A stretch of DNA of 64,000 nucleotides, from the NCBI RefSeq assembly GCF_964204645.1, contig NC_134030.1, positions 2,215,355-2,279,354 of the forward strand. Reading direction: 5' to 3'. This DNA is from Tubulanus polymorphus (taxonomy: Eukaryota; Animalia; Nemertea). A model generated the notes under the pieces. It ran no database searches, had not been told where the DNA came from, and worked only from the letters and a program-made list of their open reading frames with translations. Made by a program: the position numbers and the translations under genes. Positions 13,901 to 25,092 of this stretch are shown here, piece after piece (positions within the stretch are counted from its first letter, which is position 1; each line of letters starts with the position of its first letter).

Positions 13901-16900
13901 GTTGTTATCCTTTCTACGACATGTACACGCCGTAATCCTCGGTTTAGCCACGAACACGAACGTAAATTCAAGGGCGCCACCTATCTTACCGGCGATTACG
14001 ACCTTACTCTGAGTTTTCTGTAATTTTGGACCGTCTGAAAAACGACAAACAAGAAGAATATACGATCAATTTCTGGATCCAGTTCCACATTTCTCGGTGT
14101 ATGCCGCACGTATCACACTATATTTTGTCTACCCTGCAGTGTTCATAAGTTACTGATACTTCATTACTTGACAGGTGTTGACATCTTTCAATAGAGATTT
14201 TAACAAATATGAGATGAATACACCTCACTGCAGGGTAGAGGCACTGAAACAATTTATTTTGACTTGACTTGAGTTAATTTCCAATGTTTTTTCTCAGAAA
14301 TAAGTCAAATTTCAATCTAGAACTGTAGAACTTAGTGATTGTGAGCAAATATGTGATCCATATTCAACTGACAGTTCACAGGTATAACTTACAATTAACG
14401 TCCAAATTGAAAACGGAACTAATTGTTGTTCCTCCTGAATTGGTAACCTTGCACACGTATCCTCCAGAATGTTCAGGTTTAACTCGGTTTAACACGTAGG
14501 TGGCGCTATTCGCACCGACGGCGATTGTTTTACCGGGTTCGTGTTTCTCCCACTGATAGACGAGACCGTTCATCGGGAAACCGTTCGACGCCTCGCATTT
14601 CAACGTGACGACGTCGTTCTCGGTGACCGGACTCCCGGGAGTCGACTTCACAGAAACATCCACCGGTGGATCTGCAAAAAAACAAACCAAAAATCATTCT
14701 ATTATAAATTGAGTTTTATGAGTTTTCGGTTCATGAAGTTTTAACACTCAGAATTTAACATATTCATTTGATTTGAGTGACACAACTGTAGAGCTTCATC
14801 CTCACAAATGCAAGGCTAAGAAAACAAATTTTCCAATTCATGCAAAGCGCATGTTTATGAGGTAAAAAGCGATGTAAAGAAGTTAGTTTCACACGTGACA
14901 AGCGAGCTACCATGTCAGTAGATTAGCTATTAGTTATAGTTATTGTGTAAGAACACCTTAAACCAAATACAAGACTTTAAGTTCAAACTTTTTACTTTAC
15001 ACAGATAGATTATGCCTTAACAATACCGATGAACTCAACAAAAAAGGAATTAGATTATCTTATTACGGCAATCAATATTTTTTTGTGAAGGTATTAAATA
15101 AATGATGCCTAAATCCTAAAAAATATGCGTTAAATCCGATGAATCGAATTATTTGATGATTACGGATAAAAATATATCAACATTTGTCGTGAAATATGAT
15201 AATTTATAAAAACTTACAGTAAACATTCAAAGTGATTGATTTTTCCTTGTATTTATTATTATTCTGATATTTAACGACACAAGTATAGATGGCGCGATGA
15301 TCGGCTCGGGTCGCGTTGAAATTGATGGTATGCGTCGCCACTTTGCCGCTGTGCGCGCCGATGGTTTCCGTCTCGACGCCCGTAGTGATGATCTCTGATT
15401 GGTTAGTCGGTAAACGTCGACGATACCACGTGATTGTGCTCGTCGGATTACTGCTGTCCGTCATACAGGTCAGTGATTTACGTTGTCCGATCGGGATCGC
15501 CGTGTGCGGAGTATGCGTTAAATGGACGTTTAACGGAGGAACTAAAAACATGAACAGATGAATTCTATTTTAACCCTTTCAGCGCTGATTCAGTTTTAGA
15601 ACCGATGCTGGAGATAATTTGAAAATTTCATTCCTTGATTTCTATTTGCAAGAATATCCAGAATTTTGAGATTACAGAAATAAATGGTTCTCAAAATTTA
15701 TGAAAAGAGATTAGAATTTTTTCAACAATTAGAAAATATCTCAGACAGGATGGTGCCACTTTTCACCCATTTACCAACTGCCCGCATTTTCCTGATTTTC
15801 ATCTAGCACTCTCAGAATCTTCCGAGTTTTCAAGGTCAGCGGCGCCACCCTATCTAAGCGGAAATCTTAATTCACAAATTCTACTCACACAAAACATTAA
15901 GCGTTAAAGATCGTTGATATCCGAGGTTTGTATTATTATACTTGGCTCTGCAGGTATAGGTGGCGCGATTGTCTTGTTCTCGTAGATCGACTACGACGGT
16001 ACTAGTCGTCACTATCCCGCCGTTCGCTCCCTCTCCGCTAGTTTTACTCGCAGTAACGCGACTCGTCTGCGTTGATCCCTCCTCCGTACGATCCCACACG
16101 ATATCCGTCGCCGGGTTACTCGACGTCGATTGACAGGTGATTGTTTTTTTCGTGTCCGCCGTGTCCGTCGGCTGGTCGGGCGTTTTTGACATGATGATAT
16201 CGGTCGGCATGACTACACAATATAAACAATAACAATATGCACACGGCGGTTTCATGCGACCACGGCAACGATTTTGAATGAGATAAAATCATGCGGAAAA
16301 ACACGATCGCCAGAAGCAGAAAAACAAACTGCAAATCATTTTAAAATGCTCTTTTAAAGACGACATTCATTTGACTAATTTCATGGTAAGAGACTCAAAT
16401 ATGGAACTTTGTTAAATGAGAGTCCAACAACATGAAACATTGAAGATTGAATCTTATCTTTTCCAAACAGTTTGTACTTGAATACTTAAGTAATACATAG
16501 ATCAGAGGTTAGAATTTAGGATCTATTGATTTAGTAAGTTACAGGATGATGACATAAGGTTATAAAATGTGAAACGGAGATAGATAGAGCCTTTCTAATG
16601 CCTATCTATACATTACTGTAGAGAGGGAGGTATTGTATGTATGTATATCAGTAGGGTGTATTCAAACAGTTACAAGTACCATTATAAAGTAGTTATAAAA
16701 AATAGATAATTTGGCTGCGCGATATTCAAAGGAGGCTTAACCGCCATCAATACCCTTCAAAATGAGCTCTCTTACAATCGATCATTGAAGATTATATTTC
16801 CTGATACTTTTAAGAGAGTTTGAAAAGTTGCGTCTTGATTTTTGATGAATAAAGTTTGTTCTTAAATTTTGCTCATTTAGTGGCTTTTTAAACTAATTTC

Positions 16901-17438
16901 TATCTGATCAATATTTACGTCAATATTCATTAAAACGAGATTCCAATGCGTAACATCGCAAACAGATTTGAAAATGCAAAAATAATCGCAAAAAAATGCG
17001 GAAAAACTTACAATAAACGACGTAATCTTTGACTAATGAATCGATCTGATTCGTAATCCCGGCGCTCACCGCTGAACATTTCATTTTAGCTCCGTTATCT
17101 TCGACTTTAGCCGACTCGTCGTGAATGAGTTCGCCGTTCGCGACATCGCGCAATAAATCCCAAACTACCGAACCGCGACGCTGTTTAAACAACGACAGAC
17201 GCGGCGCCGGGTTACCGCCGATCGCGACGCAACGCCACCTAGCGGTCGAACCTACCGACACACCGGTGCCCGGTGGAGTCAATTCAATTCGATCGGGCGG
17301 ATCTGAAATATTGGAATAATAGTAAAAATTTAAGTTTGTAGGATGGCTTTATATAAGTCAAGAAGATACACAATTAATGAGGAATAAGGAATATACGAGA
17401 AAAATCAAACAATAATTCAGCCAAAAAATGAAAAGTTC

Positions 17439-17526
<88 letters not shown>

Positions 17527-20500
17527 ATATGAGCTCATATATATATATACATTTCTAATATTAAAGAACTTTGCATTTTTTGGCTGAATTATTGAGGAAT
17601 CTCTCTCGATTATATCGCTTTATATTTGTGGTTATAAGAGTAAAGACTTACAGTATATTTCTATAGTTAAAGGAGAACTCAACTGAGAACCGACTTTGTT
17701 TGAAGCTGTACACGTGTACGAAGCCGCATCCGTTTTCCGAATTGCCGTAAACGTCATAATATTCGTATTCCTCGAATCGGTCATAGTTCCCGTCACCATT
17801 TCACCGTCGGTTCGTTTCCACGAATAGTTTATAGGTGGCGACGCGTTGTTATACGCAGCGTCACACGTTAATGTAACCGTCGAAGTCTGTTTAATCGATA
17901 GTTTATTCGTTGATGTCGCCGGGCTGGTTGTAATCATCGGCACCGACGGAGGAACTAAAACATAAAATATATTTCAAACAAACTAAAAACGTGAAGTGTG
18001 GACGTTTCTGAAAGTGTGCTGATAAAATGTCTAATATCAGATGTTACTAGTTCATTTTCAATTGAAAATGTCTCAGATGAAGTACTGAACACATGTGAAG
18101 TGTGGACGATCAGTTTATGAGAGTTGAAACTGTGCAGATAAAATGTCTAATGTCTGGTGTTTGTAGTTCATTTTCAATTAGAAATGTCGCAGGTGAAGCA
18201 CTGAACACATGTGAAGTGTGGACGATCAGTTTATGAGAGTTGAAACTGTGCAGATAAAATGTCTAATGTCTGGTGTTTGTAGTTCATTTTCAATTAAAAA
18301 TGTCTCAGATGAAGTACTGAACACATGTGAAGTGTGGACGATCAGTTTATGAGAGTTGAAACTGTGCAGATAAAATGTCTAATGTCTGGTGTTTGTAGTT
18401 CATTTTCAATTAGAAATGTCGCAGGTGAAGCACTGAACACATGTGAAGTGTGGACGATCAGTTTATGAGAGTTGAAACTGTGCAGATAAAATGTCTAATG
18501 TCTGGTGTTTGTAGTTCATTTTCAATTAGAAATGTCGCAGGTGAAGCACTGAACACATGTGAAGTGTGGACGATCAGTTTCTGAAAGTGTGCTGATAAAA
18601 TGTCTAATGTCTGGTGTTTGTAGTTCATTTTCAATTAAAATGTCTCAGATGAAGCACTGAACACATGTGAAGTGTGGACGATCAGTTTTTGAAAGTGTGC
18701 TGATAAAATGTCTAATGTCTGGTGTTTGTAGTTCATTTTCAATTGAAAATGTCTCAGATGAAGTACTGAACACATGTGAAGTGTGGACGATCAGTTTATG
18801 AGAGTTGAAACTGTGCAGATAAAATGTCTAATGTCTGGTGTTTGTAGTTCATTTTCAATTAGAAATGTCGCAGGTGAAGCACTGAACACATGTGAAGTGT
18901 GGACGATCAGTTTATGAGAGTTGAAACTGTGCAGATAAAATGTCTAATGTCTGGTGTTTGTAGTTCATTTTCAATTAAAAATGTCTCAGATGAAGTACTG
19001 AACACATGTGAAGTGTGGACGATCAGTTTATGAGAGTTGAAACTGTGCAGATAAAATGTCTAATGTCTGGTGTTTGTAGTTCATTTTCAATTAGAAATGT
19101 CGCAGGTGAAGCACTGAACACATGTGAAGTGTGGACGATCAGTTTATGAGAGTTGAAACTGTGCAGATAAAATGTCTAATGTCTGGTGTTTGTAGTTCAT
19201 TTTCAATTAGAAATGTCGCAGGTGAAGCACTGAACACATGTGAAGTGTGGACGATCAGTTTCTGAAAGTGTGCTGATAAAATGTCTAATGTCTGGTGTTT
19301 GTAGTTCATTTTCAATTAAAATGTCTCAGATGAAGCACTGAACACATGTGAAGTGTGGACGATCAGTTTTTGAAAGTGTGCTGATAAAATGTCTAATATC
19401 TGGTGTTTGTAGTTCATTTTCAATTAGAAATGTCTCAGGTGAAGCACTGAACACATGTGAAGTGTGGACGATCAGTTTATGAGAGTTGAAACTGTGCAGA
19501 TAAAATGTCTAATGTCTGGTGTTTGTAGTTCATTTTCAATTAGAAATGTCGCAGGTGAAGCACTGAACACATGTGAAGTGTGGACGATCAGTTTCTGAAA
19601 GTGTGCTGATAAAATGTCTAATGTCTGGTGTTTGTAGTTCATTTTCAATTAAAATGTCTCAGATGAAGCACTGAACACATGTGAAGTGTGGACGATCAGT
19701 TTTTGAAAGTGAGCTGATAAAATGTCTAATATCTGGTGTTTGTAGTTCATTTTCAATTAGAAATGTCTCAGGTGAAGCACTGAACACATGTGAAGTGTGG
19801 ACGATCAGTTTTTGAAAGTGTGCTGATGAAATGTCTTATGTCTGGTGTTTGTAGTTCATTTTCAATTAAAAATGTCTCAGATGAAGTATGAACACAATAT
19901 GTGAAGTGTGGACGATCAGTTTCTGAAAGTGTACTGATAAAATGTCTAATATCTGGTGTTTGTAGTTCATTTTCAATTTGAAATTTCTCAGGTGAAATAC
20001 TGAACACCTGTGAAGTGTGGACGATCAGTTTTAGAAAGTGTGCTGATAAAATGTCTAATGTCAGGTGTTTGTAGTTCATTTTCAATTATAAGTGTCTCAG
20101 GTGAAGCACTGAACACATGTGAAGTGTGGACGATCAGTTTTAGAAAGTGTGCTGATAAAATGTCTAATGTCTGTAGTTTGTAGTTCATTTTCAATTAAAA
20201 ATGTCTCAGATGAAGCACTGAATACAATATGTGAAGTGTGGACGATCAGTTTCTGAAAGTGTGCTGATAAAATGTCTAATGTCTGGTGTTTGTAGTTCAT
20301 TTTCAATTATAAGTGTCTCAGGTGAAGCACTGAACACATGTGAAGTGTGGACGATCAGTTTTTGAAAGCGCGCTGATAAAATGTCTAATGTCAGGTGTTT
20401 GTAGTTCATTTTCAATTAAAAATGTTTCAAGTGAAATCCTGAACACATGGTGAATCATGGAAGAATGGTGATAAAACAACAAATATATCTGAAGGGTTCG

Positions 20501-21554
20501 GGCAGCGGATTGATACCAGTATTAGTCATGTGCAATTGATTTATGGGGTAGTTACAGTAAACGAGCAGAATTGAAACTCACCTAAAACCTTTACGCGAAT
20601 CTTATTTCCTCGATTCAAGAACGAACACGACCAATCGGTGCTGTCCTCTAGTGTCACCGCGCTGATCACTAGTTTATAAATGCCGAGGTTTTTTTGGCCG
20701 CAAACGACGGAATATCGCGGCCGGTTGAGCATCAGACCGCAATCTCGTGAAACGTCGGTCGTGGCGCGGATCCAAATGACGGGAAACTTGCATTCGGTTG
20801 ACGCTACAGCCGGAGTTACCGTACACGTGAGTGTGATACTAGATCCGATACCCGGTTCAGAGTTACTAACAACTCCTACTACTGACTGCGCCGGCACTAA
20901 ACAATCTACAATTAAAAATCATACATGAAAATATATTCCCGGAATGAGTGAAGAAATTCTGGTTTCAATAAACTTCGAATTTGTTAAAATTCTCAGTTTC
21001 CAGTTATGGGATAATTTACTCTTGACAATATTTGATGAGGCCCCGTAAATAGGCAAGTAAAGATCACTAGGAATCGCATTCAGATAATGGAGTTCACAGG
21101 TAAACTATGGAAAAACCTGGGTTAAAACAGGATTTCTGATCGGCTAATTATGACGCTATCCGAGCTACGCCCTGACGCGGAGGATGTGTGCAGACAGCTC
21201 ACTAGATGGCGTCACATCAATACATGTGTAATAGAACTATCGTCTTCATTTTCCGAAAACTAGGCAAATCTTGGCGATGACATATCGATCTTTTATGGCA
21301 TGATTTCTATTCATCATTCGAGGAATTTTCGATACTAGATTCAGGGGCGCCTATGATTCAATAATTCGGAAGTTTATTTAGAGCCGAGATCACATGACAG
21401 CTATTTACTGATTATTCCACATGATGAAGACAAGTGAATTCAACCCCTATCAGCGAATATTTTACTTACTGCATTCAATCTGTTGAACGGATAAAAATAG
21501 TAAAATAAAAAATCGTAAAATAATTTCCGTCATCGAATAGTTTGATGCCACCAT
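7913..21554 (-). CDS. Type I Ig-superfamily receptor: SP + 7 Ig + FN3 + FN3-like + TM + tyrosine-motif tail (nephrin/echinoid/sidestep-like architecture), ~1160-1170 aa
   Basis: Exons in transcript order: 21554-21470 (signal peptide MVASNYSMTEIILRFFILLFLSVQQIEC); 20896-20582, 17954-17652, 17302-17012, 16212-15889, 15541-15218, 14671-14393, 14034-13741 (Ig, all phase 1-1); 13084-12779 (FN3, WQAGFQGGSPQTFTIEY; absent from the ORF track); 12324-12019; 11630-11495 (TM IIIGVVAAIVVILVIVIVAVVCL-RRQR); 10566-10448 or 9953-9865; 8782-8744; 8659-8496; 8143-7913 (stop). Total 3516 or 3486 nt, both in frame. Confidence 0.9.
9300..9725. mobile_element. MITE with an internal 47-bp tandem array
   Basis: Inverted ends (ttgcagtcatggcttaag ... 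ctaagtcatgactatgcaa); gttgttagattggctatagaactaagttggtctcagactagtcttaa repeated ~6-7 times. Confidence 0.75.
9865..9953 (-). CDS. Alternative cytoplasmic cassette exon of the minus-strand receptor (LTSKYAPIATDTSSGDHSPSDGNTPLLEL)
   Basis: attatag acceptor and gtaatt donor; open only as a phase 2-to-1 exon, the same phases as exon 10448-10566. Confidence 0.6.
12443..12755. mobile_element. Inverted copy of the same MITE family interrupted by a second inverted-repeat element (~12490-12689)
   Basis: The host sequence gaccagtct..agacc..tagccaatctaacaact is split by an insert with imperfect termini aagcc...ggctt. Confidence 0.6.
13471..13705. mobile_element. Two abutting MITE copies, each with a single 47-bp unit
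   Basis: caggagccagttgcatagtcatgact...tatgcaaccagcccctg followed by gggctggtt...tcatgactatgcaaccggcccc. Confidence 0.72.
17410..17594. repeat. (TA)n microsatellite enclosed by a 37-bp inverted repeat
   Basis: caataattcagccaaaaaatgaaaagttctttaatat ... atattaaagaactttgcattttttggctgaattattg (1 mismatch). Confidence 0.85.
17990..20450. repeat. Intronic satellite with 108-116 bp monomers and a 681-bp higher-order repeat
   Basis: ~22 monomers with core gtgaagtgtggacgatcagttt...aaatgtctaatgtctggtgtttgtagttcattttcaatt; the variant pattern at 18061 recurs at 18742. Confidence 0.92.
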
Positions 21555-22349
21555 CTTTGCTAGTCTAACAACTGTCTCCTGAATCAGTGAGTCACACGAG
21601 GCAGCTCAAAGCTCGCACAAACTGAAAATTAGAATTTCAAAATTCAGAACCAGCGAAAAAGAAGCCAAAGGTAGGATTTGACAATAATAATAGCATTTTG
21701 TCAATCAATATTCACAGATCTAATCCAAATTGATTAAAACATCAAATATTCCTGATGCGCAGAGAATCATAAAATCCGTTAATCTTTTAATCCAATAATC
21801 CGTGACACCGGTTTGCAGTGCTATTACACTGTTGTGTCAGATATTGACAGGAGGGGACCGTATCCAAAACTGAAAACTTTTCACACTTGACAGTTTGACG
21901 CTCCTTACCGCAGAAAAATACTGCAGCAACTTTAATCAAATTTAGCGAAAAACCCGTGTAACATTTTCTTCATGACGTCAAATATATTTGTAAATCCATA
22001 AAACTGCGATTTAATCCAGAAAATTCATCTAAACCGCAGAGATCGATAGGTCGAGTAGAGAGAGAGAGAGGATCCGCCATAGACGACTCCACACTACTGA
22101 ATGATCTCCTCAACCCGCGCCAGGCAAAACTAACACGCTCAAAACACCGGACCCTGGCACGCGAGGTTTAATCCAACCCCGGCACGTGAGACTCGATCAT
22201 GCCTCGGCACGCGAGGTCTCGGTGACTAAGCGCCAGAGGGCGTCAACGTGTGTGTGTGTGTGTGGAGTCAAACAAAATGGCTGCCGAAATGCTTTAATTG
22301 GATATATCGGAGAAATTATAACAGTTTTTACGGATTTAAACGGATTAAA
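21555..22349. promoter_or_regulatory. Bidirectional promoter/5'UTR region between the two Ig genes
   Basis: Divergent start codons ~800 bp apart; CpG-rich; TGACGTCA (CRE) at 21973-21980; GGCACG(C/T)GAG at 22156, 22181 and 22206; YY1-like AAAATGGC near 22274 and 22347. Confidence 0.65.
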
Positions 22350-25092
22350 ATGGCGCCAGTATCATTTAAAACGATTCCATTGTTTTATCTAGTTGTTGTA
22401 AACATTATTCAAACGAGTGAGTATTCTATTAACTGTAGGAGTTTTTACTGTGAACGTATTTTGTTTACAAACAAATCAATATATTTCAATTCACGAATTG
22501 AATGAATGATTCGCGCGGCCGCCGGTTAAAAAACAACCTACGACAGACGGACCGGCCCTCCTCTCGCCGGTTGCTGAATATATACTGCCTATGTCGTAGC
22601 TGGTTTGGTTTGTTAACAGTAAACATATAGAGTGACAGTGTATGAGTCTTCATATATTCAGTTTTCTGTATTGTCACATAGAGACATAGAGTAGACAGAG
22701 TGTGGGGTGGTAGACGGTCCTCCTTATTACTGAGATTACGTATTTTACCGAGATGACATGAAATATAACATATTTATTCATAACTCATCTCGGTAAATTA
22801 CGTCATCTCGTTAATAAGGAGGACCCGTGGTAGAGCCCGTTCATTTACACTTGAAGCAAAGCAGAGTCTGTTCAATTGATTAGTAATAAATGATACTTAT
22901 ATGCATATTTGTTTGGGATGCTGTTATGGAAAGACAGAGACAGAGACAGAGATGTCATGATTGCAATTACAAATATAGGCCTAAAAATTGTATTGGAATA
23001 GTATCAAAAATATAGGCGCGGGCCTACACATCAATACATCATCCATGATCTAGGCAGCTTTAAAGACTATTAATAAGAATTAGCTGTTCAAGTTGTCGGA
23101 ATCCAGTTGACGAGACAACTGGCTTTAGTGTCATAATTGTTGGACTGTTTCTCCTTTTTTCCAGGTTATGGATTATCGACGAAAGCCAAAGTATTCCCGA
23201 AACAGGTTCAACTATTCCGCGATGAATCTGTAAACGTTAGTTGTCGACTGACGGATTTTCCTCCGAATACGCACCCGGTCTGGCGTATCGACAGTCAAAC
23301 CCAACCGATAAACTTCAACCACGATTGTATGGCGTACCCGATGAGTTCGTTCGGTTCGTTTCCGATCGAATCGTTATCGGTTACGTGTAGTCCGGGCGCT
23401 GATTTAAATGCCGGTGGCTCCCTCATGTGGTTGAATATGACGGTTAAAACTAAAGGACAGTGGTACAGTAATGGCCGACCGATGTTCTACTGCGCGTTAC
23501 TCGCTAATCCTGAAGGTGTTGATGTCACATTACTCGGTATGTGGTTCGTTTTTTAAACAATTAATTTACCAATATCCTAAGCTTACTTGAAGTCCCGGTC
23601 CTGGGGCAAGTTTGGTATTAACTTTAACCCGGGGTTAACTCAATTGAAAATGAATTTGGTTAGTTCAAAATAATACCAGCTTGAAAACCTGACCCAGAGC
23701 CCAGTTTCATAAAAAGGTTTAACTCTTAAATCGATTTAATTTCTTCATTCAGTTTATCCTAGGCTTTAATCATTTTTGTGAAACTGGGCCCAGGACCCAA
23801 TTCCATAGAGCTCCTTCAAAGTCCCTCTGAAATAATGGACCTATATGCTAAAGCTACTTGGAGTTGAGTCTTCTGTATTTTGCTCATTTGTGTAAGTGTT
23901 GCTCATTTGTGTAAATGTTGCTCATTTGTGTAAAAGTGTGTAAGTAATTTGAAGAAGGCAACATAATTCAGAAGAGTAGACTGAGACAGCTGCTGCTGCT
24001 GCAGCTGTCTGATTGTGCTCTTATTCTTTATACAAACTCAGCTGAATATCTTGATATTTGAAAGAATATAACTGAGCTGTTTCCAATTCATGAATGCGAA
24101 GAGAGCAAATCTTTTTCTCTTTAGTTGAACCAAAATTTGTAGCTTATTCAACCAATTTTGGTTACTACACATGATTGCGGAAACCCTTCACTCCGTTATA
24201 TTATATTATCCCTGCATTCAAGTTATCACCTGTTTTGGTAGAAGGGCCCTATAGTTCCACATTCATAAGGCTTTCTACAATTCCGATTGTTAACGATGAT
24301 TTTCTGATGATTTTGAGTTGTGTTTCAGATCGAGTAACGACTGGTCAACTCGTCTCTAAACCGATGGTCAGAAGCGATCAGACTCTAAAACCTGAGGTTC
24401 AAATTAAATTCACTTGCGACACGGGAACTAATAATAACGAATGTCAATATACGAGACCTACGATTCAATGGATAGTCGGGGTACGTTTAATTTCATCATT
24501 TTAGAAACGTATTTGGGTATGCACTGCACATTATCATTATCACTTGTCCACTGGGCTAGTGCAGTTTTATGTCTCCAAGTTTTCCCAATCGATACAACAA
24601 ATGGACTGCTTGTGTAGGGCAAGTAGATTTTTGAGGGAGCAAGTAAAATTTCAGGGCCGGTGGCTCTTATTCCTTAGATCAGACCCTGTGTTTGGGTATG
24701 CACTGCACAGTAGACTGTGCGTTTGCATCAAATCTCACAGGGTTTATGCAAATTCCAGAGCACTCGGAGAGACATGAATTGGGAGTAGGATCATTTTAAA
24801 CATTCTGTCACTTGAGGCATGCAATAATGAGCTCGGGCTACACTGTAGTTGCATTATCCTCAATACGTGGACTTGATTCAATTTCTAATTGGTTTACAGC
24901 AAAAAGAAATCACGGAAGGCGTAGTGAATAATCCTGTAGATTGCGGAGGAAATCCGCCGAAATACCGAACATCCAGCGATATAAACATCAGCGGTGACCA
25001 GTTCAACGGAGTTCAGGACGTAAAGTGCGTCGTTAAAATGAAGGATAGAATCGATGAATCGGCGACTAAAACTATTACAGTCAAATTTCCAG
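22350..25092 (+). CDS. 5' module of an Ig-domain surface protein: signal peptide + V-like Ig + second Ig; continues to a downstream exon
   Basis: Exons 22350-22416 (MAPVSFKTIPLFYLVVVNIIQT, gtgagt donor), 23165-23536 (VSC..PVW..MFYC), and 24329-24480 + 24900-25092 (FTC..IQW..VKC). Ends KFP-G|gtaaga in phase 1 with no stop. Confidence 0.82.
22715..22826. mobile_element. 112-bp MITE with ~40-bp TIRs and an 8-bp target-site duplication
   Basis: ggtcctccttatta...taataaggaggacc flanked by GTGGTAGA at 22707-22714 and 22827-22834. Confidence 0.82.
23695..23793. mobile_element. Short MITE of the abundant CCAGTT..AACTGG family
   Basis: Inverted termini gcccagtttca ... tgaaactgggc. Confidence 0.6.

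Noticed and set aside
19768-20415. Four overlapping minus-strand ORFs
   Set aside because: They are translations of the intronic satellite monomers.
7913-21554. Assigning a gene symbol (nephrin, echinoid, sidestep, hemicentin)
   Set aside because: The architecture is similar, but domain count and tail do not allow confident orthology by eye.
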